Below, in pieces: positions 20,683 to 30,398 of a stretch of 62,133 nucleotides of DNA. How positions within the stretch are numbered: the stretch's first letter is position 1; each line of letters opens with the position of its first letter. The stretch lies in the IMG/VR virus record IMGVR_UViG_3300046747_000361, one strand, 5' to 3'. Source of the stretch: a virus. The notes under the pieces were generated by a model. That model was not told the DNA's origin. It did not search any database and saw nothing but the letters and a program-made list of their open reading frames with translations. A program made the position numbers and the translations under genes.

Positions 20683-23682
20683 TTACGCGGGGAACCAGTC
20701 GCCGATCGAGTACCAGCGCACGTAGTCGATCTCGGCCCAGGTATACGCGTTGCCTGCAGTTACGAGGCGAACGCCGGCATTCACCGACGACATAGAAGTT
20801 GCAGTGATGCCCGCGTTCCCGTTGTAGGTTATCGTGCCGGGAACGGGCTGGTTTAGTAACCCCGTGAAGTTTTTCGTGGTGTCGTTATAGTTCAACATAA
20901 CGACCATGCTCTGTCCTGTACCACCATAGGCTGTGTTGTTGGGTACGGTGAACACGTTTTGATTGTTGTAGGCGATAACGACGTTCGGGTTTTCGTACCC
21001 ACCATACACACTTCGATTACCTGCAGGGGTACTCGGCGTTGTGTTGTTCGATATGATCGGCTGCAGAATGTTTCCAGTAAACACGTTCGGCTGAAACACA
21101 TGAGCCGTGAGTTGCAAGTTTCCCGTGGTTGATTTGTACATGTATAGGACGGTTGCTGGATTCGTTTGAATGTAGAGTCTAGAGTTTCGGATCGTCGACA
21201 GATAGTTCGTCGCGCCTATACCACTAGGGGCCGTTGCAAAGACCACGTCACCGGAACGAGTCAGAGTCGCACCAGAGGCGGCATTGACCACGGTCCAACC
21301 ACGCGTAGCCAAATCGGCACTACCTGAATCGAATTCATCGTTTCGCGCGTCTGGTGAACTTGGAGGGTCGATGTAAATGTTGTGGTAACGCAGGGGAACA
21401 ACTGCCCCCGACTCGGCGACGCTGGTGAGCGTCGCTCGATAAATCGCGTTGTTCGCGGCGCTGTTTGCGAGGTAAATCTGATCGGCGACGACTGGAACGG
21501 ACTTGGCGGTGTAATCGGTGATGTTCCCATTGACCACGTTCCAGAGCACGGGCCGCGGAGTCTGTGCAATCCAAGTGCTTGATGTCGTCTTACGAATGAA
21601 ATCAATGCTGATGATCTCAGGTACGGTACCCGCCAGACTTGCCGACGACAACGTAATTGCAAACCAAACCAAGGTGGCGCTACTGGGCGCTCCAGTTAGC
21701 CGTGAGCTCAATGTGTCACCGGAAGCTGAATCTGTCAGAAAGCCGTTGTAGTTCGTGCTGCTCTCCCAACGAACGCCGCGGATATCGCCAATCGTTGCAC
21801 CGTAAGGCGATTTAGTGGTACCAGAAAAAGCACCACCTGTTGCCCTAGTAATGTCTATATTCGCGGCACCGCTCGTGGTCGAGTACGTAGACACATAGAC
21901 ACGATTGTTCCCGTCTGTTACTCCACCGCTATTCCCGTAAAGACCCACCTCGTAGAAGTTGGTAGAGCTACCACTGTTATCGAAGCGCTGACCCGTACCA
22001 ATGCGAGCGAAGTACGTGTCACCAGCAGCTAGTGTCACGGCCTTCATAATTTGCAGTGAACTTCCGGGAATGAACTGTACCAGCAGCTGTGAACCTTTTA
22101 ATGTGCTCCAATACGTGCCCGCACTCGGGCCGGTGGGGTCCCACGGCGAGACATCTCCGCCTCGCGTTAGTGTCGTACCAGCAGAGTTCTTGACCGTGTA
22201 CCCGCGAGTCGCAAGGTCCGCGCTTCCGCCCTCGAACTCATCGTCAAAGCTATTCGCAGTAGCAGGAGGGTCAATATACGGGTTGCCGCTAGGCAAGCCC
22301 GCGTACGTGCCCGTGACTGAGACTTTGGGCGTTTGGGCGATCCAAGCCGTCGAGCCGCTCGCGAAGCGGAAGAAATCCACAGCCCAGATTCGGCTCGTCG
22401 TGCTGTTAGGCGTACCCGTACCCGTCGCGATGTCATCGAATGAGAAACCGACAAAGCCGATCGACGTACTGGTCGGCGCATTCTGTGCGTAGCTCGTGGT
22501 CGAGCCCGAAGCCGAATCGGCAGAGAACGCAGACCATGTCGAAGTGCCCGACTGGAGGCGCACCCCCAGAATATCCTGAACTGAGATGTTTTGCGATTTC
22601 GGTGTGTCACTATTGGCGCCGGCAAGCGTGCGTCCGTAGCTCATTGTATGCGTATTCGTAGCGCCCGACGTGTAGCTCTGCGTATAGATGAAGTTAGTGA
22701 GGTCGGGATTGCCAGCACTTGCATAGCTTGCAAACACGCGTGCACTGTACGAAACAGTAGTGTTGACAGCGCCATAGACCGGATTGCCCATGCGTCCCCA
22801 AACGGTCGCGTTGCTACCCGAAGCGAAACCACCACTAACGGCTTTGGTGCAGGACATGTACCCGCCGGGCGAGATCTGAATCATGATCTGTGAGCCAACG
22901 AGCGTGGACAAGTACTGTGTATTGGTCAGACTTGATGCGGACACTGACCACGGCGAGATATCTCCAACACGCGTCATAGTTGCGTTGGCTGAGTTTTTGA
23001 CTGTCCAACCTCTCAGCGCGAGGTCAGGCGAGCCCGAATCAAATTCATCGTCGTAAGCCCCTGGCACGAGCGGCGGATCGATGAACGGGTTACCCGAAGG
23101 CAAGCCTCCCGCGACCCCGACAACTGTGTTGCCAACTCGCTGCAGAACTTGACCCGCCGCAATGGATCCAATCGTCAGCGCAGTTGGCCCCGACGTCTCG
23201 TGAATCGCGTTGACCTGGTTCGAGATGATCGGCCCGTTGACATCCCCGACCAAAGTCGTCGCCGGGTACGCGGTCCCGACGACTGTCGCGCCAACGCGTT
23301 GAAGCAGCTGGAAGTCGTTGATGTTACCGATCGTCAGCGCAGTTGGCCCCGACGTCTCGTGGATCTTGTTGACCTGGTTCGCGTTCGCAGGACCGTTCAC
23401 ATCTCCAGCGAGTGTGACGTTTGCTTCGTTCACCTCAACTGAGACGGTCGGCCCGCCAGGGTTCGTGACTGTGATCGAACCATCAGGCGAGTTGATGGTT
23501 GTGATCGTCCCGCCCCCGCCCCCACCAACGTCTTCCCAGCCAGTGCTTGTTTTTACCCGAACAACTTCTGTATCGTTCGCGTAGGCGAGCCCTCCTTCTG
23601 GTGCGTTGGGGGGCTCGTCGCCTGACGGTCCGACTGGTAACTGTACACGTGTAGAACTAGCTTTGGGGGTGGGATTCGCCAC
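20683..23682 (-). CDS. tail fibre / receptor-binding protein with three tandem ~270-aa repeat modules
   Basis: 999 aa, Gly/Ser/Thr/Asn-rich, poly-G hinge. N-terminal duplicated 50-aa unit. Three modules each start (L)PSGNP-x-IDPP...DDEFD-x-GS-x-DLA-x-RG-x-TV. Confidence 0.7.
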   Translation of the reverse strand: MANPTPKASSTRVQLPVGPSGDEPPNAPEGGLAYANDTEVVRVKTSTGWEDVGGGGGGTITTINSPDGSITVTNPGGPTVSVEVNEANVTLAGDVNGPANANQVNKIHETSGPTALTIGNINDFQLLQRVGATVVGTAYPATTLVGDVNGPIISNQVNAIHETSGPTALTIGSIAAGQVLQRVGNTVVGVAGGLPSGNPFIDPPLVPGAYDDEFDSGSPDLALRGWTVKNSANATMTRVGDISPWSVSASSLTNTQYLSTLVGSQIMIQISPGGYMSCTKAVSGGFASGSNATVWGRMGNPVYGAVNTTVSYSARVFASYASAGNPDLTNFIYTQSYTSGATNTHTMSYGRTLAGANSDTPKSQNISVQDILGVRLQSGTSTWSAFSADSASGSTTSYAQNAPTSTSIGFVGFSFDDIATGTGTPNSTTSRIWAVDFFRFASGSTAWIAQTPKVSVTGTYAGLPSGNPYIDPPATANSFDDEFEGGSADLATRGYTVKNSAGTTLTRGGDVSPWDPTGPSAGTYWSTLKGSQLLVQFIPGSSLQIMKAVTLAAGDTYFARIGTGQRFDNSGSSTNFYEVGLYGNSGGVTDGNNRVYVSTYSTTSGAANIDITRATGGAFSGTTKSPYGATIGDIRGVRWESSTNYNGFLTDSASGDTLSSRLTGAPSSATLVWFAITLSSASLAGTVPEIISIDFIRKTTSSTWIAQTPRPVLWNVVNGNITDYTAKSVPVVADQIYLANSAANNAIYRATLTSVAESGAVVPLRYHNIYIDPPSSPDARNDEFDSGSADLATRGWTVVNAASGATLTRSGDVVFATAPSGIGATNYLSTIRNSRLYIQTNPATVLYMYKSTTGNLQLTAHVFQPNVFTGNILQPIISNNTTPSTPAGNRSVYGGYENPNVVIAYNNQNVFTVPNNTAYGGTGQSMVVMLNYNDTTKNFTGLLNQPVPGTITYNGNAGITATSMSSVNAGVRLVTAGNAYTWAEIDYVRWYSIGDWFPA

Positions 23683-23696
23683 CCTCTAGTTTAGCA

Positions 23697-24098
23697 TTAC
23701 GGCACTATTTCATAACCACGGCCGTTGAAGTATGTCCTAGCGCCGGTTGCCTGTTGATCGAGCGCCCACCCGACCGAACCCTGTGGATGCGAACTCCGGT
23801 ACTCGTAATACTTCTGACGCACGCGATAGACGTAAGGCTCATTCTCAGCTTCAGGCGGATCGTCGTCGAGGCGCTCATCTAGATCCTCCCAGATCCAGTC
23901 CCCCTCCATGCTGATTCGCCACTCAAGGCGCCAGCCCTCGATCTGCCGTTTCCGCGCCCAAGCCCACGTGCCGTAAGTCACGCTCGGCTTCTTCGGCGCC
24001 GGCTGCTCGCGATAGTTTGTGCACGCCTTGTTTGTACAGTCAGCATTAAACAGTCCAATGTACCAGACGCCAGCGCCGCAAAGTAGACAGTTTGGCAT
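23697..24098 (-). CDS. hypothetical protein
   Basis: ORF track. Confidence 0.55.
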   Translation of the reverse strand: MPNCLLCGAGVWYIGLFNADCTNKACTNYREQPAPKKPSVTYGTWAWARKRQIEGWRLEWRISMEGDWIWEDLDERLDDDPPEAENEPYVYRVRQKYYEYRSSHPQGSVGWALDQQATGARTYFNGRGYEIVP

Positions 24099-24114
24099 AT
24101 GCTAACATTAGGAC

Positions 24115-24264
24115 ATGGACGCACAAACGAGCAAGTCCCTTTATCTGCCCGCGCACGTTGCGCTGTGGCTTTTGCTCGAGTCGGGCACGCCCGACGATGA
24201 CCCTGACGTTGAGTACTTGCGCACGCTCGGTGACGAGCTCGTGCTGATCGAAGAACCCGAATGA
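24115..24264 (+). CDS. 49-aa acidic hypothetical protein
   Basis: My translation MDAQTSKSLYLPAHVALWLLLESGTPDDDPDVEYLRTLGDELVLIEEPE. ATGA overlap with the next gene. Confidence 0.4.
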   Translation: MDAQTSKSLYLPAHVALWLLLESGTPDDDPDVEYLRTLGDELVLIEEPE

Positions 24265-24536
24265 ACGAACACGCTGACGCCGCCCTGTTAGTTGCGGCAT
24301 TCTATAAAATCACAGCACAAATAGACGAAGCCGGCATGTCGTTCGTCGAAGCCGCGCCCGAAGACACAGAGCGCCAGTTCCGGCTGCAGAGCAAGCTCAT
24401 GACAGCTGTGATCGCAAACTTCATTCGTACGATGCCCATGATCACAGATGAAGAAGTGCACGCGTGCGTGAATATCGCGATCGTCGTTGCTGCGAGCCGA
24501 GACCCCGACGAGCCAACCCCTACCGACTTGAACTGA
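24261..24536 (+). CDS. hypothetical protein
   Basis: ORF track. Confidence 0.5.
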   Translation: MNEHADAALLVAAFYKITAQIDEAGMSFVEAAPEDTERQFRLQSKLMTAVIANFIRTMPMITDEEVHACVNIAIVVAASRDPDEPTPTDLN

Positions 24537-24645
24537 GGGCCATGCGTCGGTTCGTGCTCTGGCTGTTACGCTTCTTGCGTCGGCGGCAGCGACTGCAAAA
24601 CCAACAGCTCGCAAAGGTGATCCCATTTCGTCGGACGAAGTAACA

Positions 24646-24828
24646 ATGCGCTACAAGCGCGAGAGCAACCTTCTCGCTGTCGGCACTGCCGCCGCGATTG
24701 CGCTCGTGGTCGGGGGCCTGGCCGTCGTCTGGGCACTCATCTACGATATCGTATCCAAGGCGCCCGTAGTTCAGAAGGCTGCCGATCAGTGCGCGACTGT
24801 CTGTTGTGTGCCGGACAAGCTCAAGTAG
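24646..24828 (+). CDS. single-TM membrane protein
   Basis: ORF track; LLAVGTAAAIALVVGGLAVVWALIY. Confidence 0.45.
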   Translation: MRYKRESNLLAVGTAAAIALVVGGLAVVWALIYDIVSKAPVVQKAADQCATVCCVPDKLK

Positions 24829-24848
24829 CGGCTGTGTTATAATATTAC

Positions 24849-25286
24849 ATGGCGTTTCATAAGGCCCCACCTCCGCCCCCGAGCCCCCGGCTCATTGACG
24901 CGTTCCGGAAGGAACTACAGCGGTGCATGGCGCTTGAGACCGCAGCGACCATGTGCAAGGTCCCGCAAAAGACCATGCTCAAGTGGATTGAGCTCGGCCG
25001 TCGAGGCGCGGGCGATTACGTGCCCTTCGTCGAAATGCTCGACGAGGAGCGCGCCAAGCTGGCCGAAGTCACACTCGACTATCTCTATAAGGCTGCCTTC
25101 CTTGAGGGCAACCTGGACGCTGTGAAGTTCATCTACAAGCACCGTATCCAGAAGGACGAGGAACGGTTCGCAGAGCGCATCTACGCGATCGAAGACCGCG
25201 TGCAAGAGGAAGTGCTCAGCGCTGTCGACCAGAACGAAGCAGAGGAAGACCTCGCTGCGGCGGAGGCGCGACTTGGACATCACTAA
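24849..25286 (+). CDS. HTH protein, small-terminase candidate
   Basis: ETAATMCKVPQKTMLKWIELGRRG HTH-like segment plus a helical acidic tail. First gene of the rightward late block. Confidence 0.35.
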   Translation: MAFHKAPPPPPSPRLIDAFRKELQRCMALETAATMCKVPQKTMLKWIELGRRGAGDYVPFVEMLDEERAKLAEVTLDYLYKAAFLEGNLDAVKFIYKHRIQKDEERFAERIYAIEDRVQEEVLSAVDQNEAEEDLAAAEARLGHH

Positions 25287-25626
25287 CTGGGTCCTCCAGC
25301 AGCGCGCGAAGCTGTTCGAAGCTGTCGCGCAAGCCGGCATTGACACTTCAACCGTGGTTGAGAAGGTCAACAAGAAGTTTCCGTACGGCAACTGGAAATA
25401 TCCAGTTGAAGTCTGGCAGAAGCCAATCATCCCTGGCGAGAAGGGTAAACATCTCGCGAATTACTGGCTGTCATATCCGCAAAAAGGAAGCGGTAAGACA
25501 GTCAAGTTCAACCTTTCAACGTTTCATGCAATTTCTTCATGGCTAAATCAGCCGAAGCCACAGTTACAGCCACAACCCCCGAACCCAAGCTCTTTGACCA
25601 CGGCGGACGTTTCGTCACAGTCGTAG
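25273..25626 (+). CDS. hypothetical protein
   Basis: ORF track. Confidence 0.45.
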   Translation: MDITNWVLQQRAKLFEAVAQAGIDTSTVVEKVNKKFPYGNWKYPVEVWQKPIIPGEKGKHLANYWLSYPQKGSGKTVKFNLSTFHAISSWLNQPKPQLQPQPPNPSSLTTADVSSQS

Positions 25627-26030
25627 TCCCCCAAAACTCCAAGCACGAGACTTACGTGCGCCAGATGCTTGAGGAGCGATTCGAGGAGCCGCCGGCGCTC
25701 ACGAACGCGCTCAAGGTCGCGGAGATTTCACAGGACTCGATCATCTACCTCGCGCATCCGATTCGCACGAAGCGCAAGGCAAAAGACCGCTCGGGCCGGG
25801 ACGTGTGGAAGAAGGCCGTTGATCTACACATCAGCCGCCCCATCGACGTTGCGGCAGAATGCACTGACAGCCCTCGTCGGGGTGCGAAGCTGATCGACTT
25901 CAACAAGATCGTGCAAGTCATGATGACCTGCACGAAGAACGACCCAGCGGGCTGGTTCTTCAGTCCGTTTCTGAGCGGCTTTCATAAGGCCGATTTCTCT
26001 GAAGCAACGATTCAACTAGTAAATCGCTAA
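25539..26030 (+). CDS. hypothetical protein
   Basis: ORF track. Confidence 0.5.
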   Translation: MAKSAEATVTATTPEPKLFDHGGRFVTVVVPQNSKHETYVRQMLEERFEEPPALTNALKVAEISQDSIIYLAHPIRTKRKAKDRSGRDVWKKAVDLHISRPIDVAAECTDSPRRGAKLIDFNKIVQVMMTCTKNDPAGWFFSPFLSGFHKADFSEATIQLVNR

Positions 26031-27472
26031 TGCTACTGCGGGACTTACTTAACAGTGCTGGTGCGACTCGCGTTGCGCCTCAGTCTACAAATCCTTCGCT
26101 CGAAACGAAGGATATTAATGCACTGTTAGGTAACAAGCCCGATAATCCGCTCATCATCAAAAAACAAGCGCTGTCCGGTCCGGGTGTGTCGCGCAATCAA
26201 GCGATGCACATGCCCGACGATCAGTATGCGATTGCTCTCGGGCGTGAGCGAACGCGCATCGACAACGAGAAAACTGCCTACGTTGCAAAACAGCAAGCTG
26301 CACGCAAGGCTCTGGCGGATCAGCTCTCGAAACTCGAGCAAGACTATGCAGACGCCCAGGAGTCGGCAAGCCAAGCGGCGATTCTCAACAAAGCATCAAG
26401 CCCACAGTTGCCAGGCGGCAGCGGCGGACTCGAGACCGCTGTACGCAACGCAGGCGTCAGTGGTGGCGCCTTTCGCGTCGAACCGCACGTAGCAGAAGCT
26501 GCCGCAGCCAAAGCGGCAGACCTGGCCGCGCAAGTTAAAGGCATCAACGATCAGTTGCATGATTTTGATACAAACTACCAGGCGGACATGGACAAGTACT
26601 TTTCTCCGATGGAGCAAAACTTTAAAGACGCAACCGCCGCAGCGATCACACTTCGCGATAACACGAAGAAGCAAAGCGAATTTGACGCCGCATACAAGAC
26701 CGCCCGCGCAGCGTATGACAATGCCGTGACACAACACGATAAGGATTACGCCGCGTTCAAGATGTACCAGGCGAAGAAGGGAATCTATGACCAAGATAGT
26801 GCAAATCGTCAGGCGGATATTGATGCAGGTCGTTATGCCGTTAATCCTTACCAATTCATGGCGCAAGGCGCGGGCATCAACGAAATCGACGAACTCCGCA
26901 AACAAGTAAACGCGGGGAATCTGCGCCCCAATATGCGCGTGCCTGATGCAGAGGTCGCACCAACCGAAGTCAAAGACCCAGGCGAGTTCAAGACTGCGGA
27001 ACCCGTGCACGAGCACGTCGAGGCACCGAAGTTCTCAACCGAAGTCAGCGGCATCCTTGGTTACAAGGACCCAACTCCTGCACCTGCTGACGCCCCCGTC
27101 GCGAAGGCGTCGACTGCGCCCATCGACACGAGCTCGGTCAAGTCCGAATACGTGAGCCCGGCTGATAAGAACAAGAAGCCAGAGCCCGAGAAGGACGCGA
27201 ACGGCAATCCTATTGCAGGCGCAGGCACGCTCCAGCAGACGTCGACCACAGCGAACACGTCGACACAGAGCACTCCGCAAACACAAACGGCCGCACAAGC
27301 GGCAACTCCGGCGCCAGCACTCGCACCACAGCCAACTGGCTCGACTGGCGGGCAAACCAACGCGACCGGACAAGACAAAACAGCACCAGTGACCCCGCCA
27401 CCGGCAGAAGAAAAGCCAGCGCCGTTCACTCCCGACGAAAAAACAAAAGAGGAACAAGACAGTGTCTTCTAA
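26030..27472 (+). CDS. hypothetical virion-associated protein (coiled-coil, low-complexity T/Q/P/A C-terminus)
   Basis: ORF track; composition only. Confidence 0.5.
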   Translation: MLLRDLLNSAGATRVAPQSTNPSLETKDINALLGNKPDNPLIIKKQALSGPGVSRNQAMHMPDDQYAIALGRERTRIDNEKTAYVAKQQAARKALADQLSKLEQDYADAQESASQAAILNKASSPQLPGGSGGLETAVRNAGVSGGAFRVEPHVAEAAAAKAADLAAQVKGINDQLHDFDTNYQADMDKYFSPMEQNFKDATAAAITLRDNTKKQSEFDAAYKTARAAYDNAVTQHDKDYAAFKMYQAKKGIYDQDSANRQADIDAGRYAVNPYQFMAQGAGINEIDELRKQVNAGNLRPNMRVPDAEVAPTEVKDPGEFKTAEPVHEHVEAPKFSTEVSGILGYKDPTPAPADAPVAKASTAPIDTSSVKSEYVSPADKNKKPEPEKDANGNPIAGAGTLQQTSTTANTSTQSTPQTQTAAQAATPAPALAPQPTGSTGGQTNATGQDKTAPVTPPPAEEKPAPFTPDEKTKEEQDSVF

Positions 27473-28856
27473 GATTGAAGCGCTCATGCGTGGGCTCGGA
27501 CAGGGCGCTTCGCTCGGTTTGAACGATGAGATCAGCCCGTGGCTCACGCCGACTATCGACGATGGTACGGGCATCCCGCGTGAATATGCCGCTGGTTCTG
27601 CCGACGCAGACATGCGCAATACCGAACGTCGCGAGAACCAGGAATCGCAAGACGCGTATCCGACTACCTACCGCACAGGCCAGATCGCGGGAGGCATCCC
27701 GAGCTCGATCGCGATGAGCGGCATGGGCGCTGGCGCTCCAACTCTCGCTGCACGCATCGCGTCTGGTGGGCTCGCAGCGGGCGCTCGAGGAGGCATCGAG
27801 GGTGCTGGCCTTGCAGAGGACGGTCACAAGCTCGAGGGCGCAGCACGCGCCGCTGGCCCATCTGCCGCACTCGGTATGGCGGGTGCTGCGGCCCCGACAG
27901 CTTTCAAAGCTGTGAAGGATCTGTTCAAGGGTGGACCTCCATCGGGGCCAGTCCCGGCGCTTGCTACGGCTGGTGCACAGCCTTCCGCAAGCGAAGTCGC
28001 TCGAGGCGCTCAGGCTGCTCGTGGGGCTGGTACAGCTGCTGGCCCTACGATCAACCGGGCGCTCGGCGGATCAGCCCCGCCATCGGCCCCACCCAAGCCG
28101 CCGCCCGCTCAAACTGTGCCTCCGCCTCGTCGAGGCGCGAGCGCAGTCGACAAGGAAGCGGCTGGCGGGCGTAACGTCGGCGCAGAGGAACACACAGCTC
28201 ACCGGAACGCGATTCCTCCGCCATCAAGTCAGGAAGCACTCGATGCTTCGATGACTTCTGGCCTTCCGAAGAAGCCTGAGCCAATCGAGTTCATGCGCAA
28301 ATATAAGGTCGATTGGGGACCGAACCACGGTGAGAAGCTTGGCCCTGGCTATGGCGAACCCGGCGAATCCAAAACCACATTCCGGGATCGGATAAGGGAT
28401 CAAGACGATCAAATGTGGGCAGCTCGTGAAAAGCCGCCGCAGGCTCTTACCTGGAGTGATCGCCCACGTGCTCTCACTGAAAACGAGCGCATTGCTACTC
28501 GCGGCCAGTCCATGCACGACGCACTTGCTCAAGAGAATTCACCTGAGCAACTCGCGGGGCTTCCAAAAATGGACAGCGAATACGCGCAAGCTGCGAAGGA
28601 TGCGCCCGCAATACGCTCTATGCAATGGAAACAGATCGAGCGGGAAACAGCGGCAGCTAAACGTAAGGCGGCATTAGAGAAGCTGGCGCAGCAGAATCAG
28701 AACGTGCGGGAACTTGATCTCGATGCGTCCAATAGCAAAAGCCCCACGGGTGAGTTCAAGCTCGACAGCAAGGCTGCGACAAACCTCGATAGTGAGGCCA
28801 AGAAAACAGACGTCAAGAAACTCATGAAGAAGCGACCTGACGACAGTGACGATTGA
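27462..28856 (+). CDS. hypothetical Ala/Gly/Pro-rich protein
   Basis: ORF track; composition only. Confidence 0.5.
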   Translation: MSSKIEALMRGLGQGASLGLNDEISPWLTPTIDDGTGIPREYAAGSADADMRNTERRENQESQDAYPTTYRTGQIAGGIPSSIAMSGMGAGAPTLAARIASGGLAAGARGGIEGAGLAEDGHKLEGAARAAGPSAALGMAGAAAPTAFKAVKDLFKGGPPSGPVPALATAGAQPSASEVARGAQAARGAGTAAGPTINRALGGSAPPSAPPKPPPAQTVPPPRRGASAVDKEAAGGRNVGAEEHTAHRNAIPPPSSQEALDASMTSGLPKKPEPIEFMRKYKVDWGPNHGEKLGPGYGEPGESKTTFRDRIRDQDDQMWAAREKPPQALTWSDRPRALTENERIATRGQSMHDALAQENSPEQLAGLPKMDSEYAQAAKDAPAIRSMQWKQIERETAAAKRKAALEKLAQQNQNVRELDLDASNSKSPTGEFKLDSKAATNLDSEAKKTDVKKLMKKRPDDSDD

Positions 28857-30373
28857 CAGTAACTGCTGACTCTTCGAAGCTTTGGCGCGCAGCTCGACTC
28901 AAGTACAAGTTACACGCTGGCCAGCGTGACATCTACGATCACTACCGCACGTGGGAGAAAGCCTCTCACGAAGCGCGCAAACGTGGCGAAAGTCAGAACG
29001 GTTACTGGCCGCGTGTCTATGCGATAAACTGCGGGCGCCGATTTGGCAAAGACTTCATGTCTCTGCTGATCCGGCTCGAGGACGGGCTACGCAACCCAGG
29101 TTCGACGTACACCTATGCCACGGCATATGCCAAAGACATAGCGTCAATCGTTCTACCACTTTTCGATCAATTAGTAGAAGACTGTCCTGAATCAATCAAG
29201 CCGCTCTACCGGCAGAGCTACCAGGGCACCGAAGCCGGGCTGTTCTTTCCCAACGGAAGCATTATCCGGCTCGTCGGCATCGACACGAACCCGAACGGCC
29301 TCCGCGGTCGTGCGAGTGACGGCTTCACGATCAGTGAGGCCAGCTACTGCGACAAGCTCAAGTACGTCGTCACGTCTGTTGTGATGCCTCAGTTCATGGG
29401 CCACCTGGCCGCGACACTGATGCTCAACTCGACGCCGAGCGACGAGCCCGCGCACCCGTGGAAGGTCGATTTCGTGCCTGACGCGATCGTCCGCGGCGCG
29501 TACCAGCACAAAACGATTTTCGACAACCCGCGCATCAGCAATGCTGAGCGTGACGAGTTCATCGCGACTCTCGGGGGCATTGACTCTGAGCAATGCAAGC
29601 GCGAGCTCTTGTGCATCGACGTGCGCTCTGAGTCGCGGACGGTCATCCCCGAGTTCAACGCAGCCCTTCACATCATGGAATGGGTACCGCCTGAGTACTA
29701 TCTCGGTTACACCGCCATCGACCCCGGCTCGCGAGACCTTTGTGCTGTAGTCTGCGCGTACTACGACTTCAGCGCAGCCAAGCTCATTGTTGCGAGCGAT
29801 TGGGCGAAACGCAACGCAAGCACAGCTGAGATCGCCAAGGCTGTCCGCGACTGTGAAGCACAGGCGTTCGGTGAGAGCTTCTATTGGGACCACGACAGGT
29901 TCAAGCCCAATCCGTTCCTCCGACTGTCAGATACCGAGCCCCGGCTGATCCACGACTTGAACGTGCAGCACAACCTCAAGGTCGGCAGCGCGGACAAGAC
30001 AGACGGCAAGGAAGCCTCGCTCAACAACCTACGCAACGCCTTCCATCAGCACCGAATCGTTGTGCTTCCAACCGCGCAGAACTCGATTTTGCACCTGGAG
30101 GGCGCGATTTGGAACGCACAGCGCACTGACTACGTACGGTCTGAAGTGCTGGGGCACTGCGATATCGTCGACGCGCTCAAGTACATGTGGCGAGGGGTCA
30201 ACCAACAGATGAGCCCGTTCCCACCTTACGGCGTGGTTTTGAATAAGACCGTCCCGATGCATGAGATGCATTCGCTGCCTGAGCACTTCAAAAGTGAACA
30301 CAGTCTAGTCGAGGTCGCGAAGAAGCTGTTCACGAGCCGTATCAAGGTCGGGCGCAGATTCGGGCGCAAATAA
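28853..30373 (+). CDS. terL: terminase large subunit
   Basis: CGRRFGKDF (Walker A-like), FTISEASY (Walker B/catalytic E), C-terminal RNase H-like AIDPGSRDLCAVV. Lies immediately upstream of the portal gene. Confidence 0.85.
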   Translation: MTVTADSSKLWRAARLKYKLHAGQRDIYDHYRTWEKASHEARKRGESQNGYWPRVYAINCGRRFGKDFMSLLIRLEDGLRNPGSTYTYATAYAKDIASIVLPLFDQLVEDCPESIKPLYRQSYQGTEAGLFFPNGSIIRLVGIDTNPNGLRGRASDGFTISEASYCDKLKYVVTSVVMPQFMGHLAATLMLNSTPSDEPAHPWKVDFVPDAIVRGAYQHKTIFDNPRISNAERDEFIATLGGIDSEQCKRELLCIDVRSESRTVIPEFNAALHIMEWVPPEYYLGYTAIDPGSRDLCAVVCAYYDFSAAKLIVASDWAKRNASTAEIAKAVRDCEAQAFGESFYWDHDRFKPNPFLRLSDTEPRLIHDLNVQHNLKVGSADKTDGKEASLNNLRNAFHQHRIVVLPTAQNSILHLEGAIWNAQRTDYVRSEVLGHCDIVDALKYMWRGVNQQMSPFPPYGVVLNKTVPMHEMHSLPEHFKSEHSLVEVAKKLFTSRIKVGRRFGRK

Positions 30374-30398
30374 CGGTCTGCTATACTTGTAAGACTTA

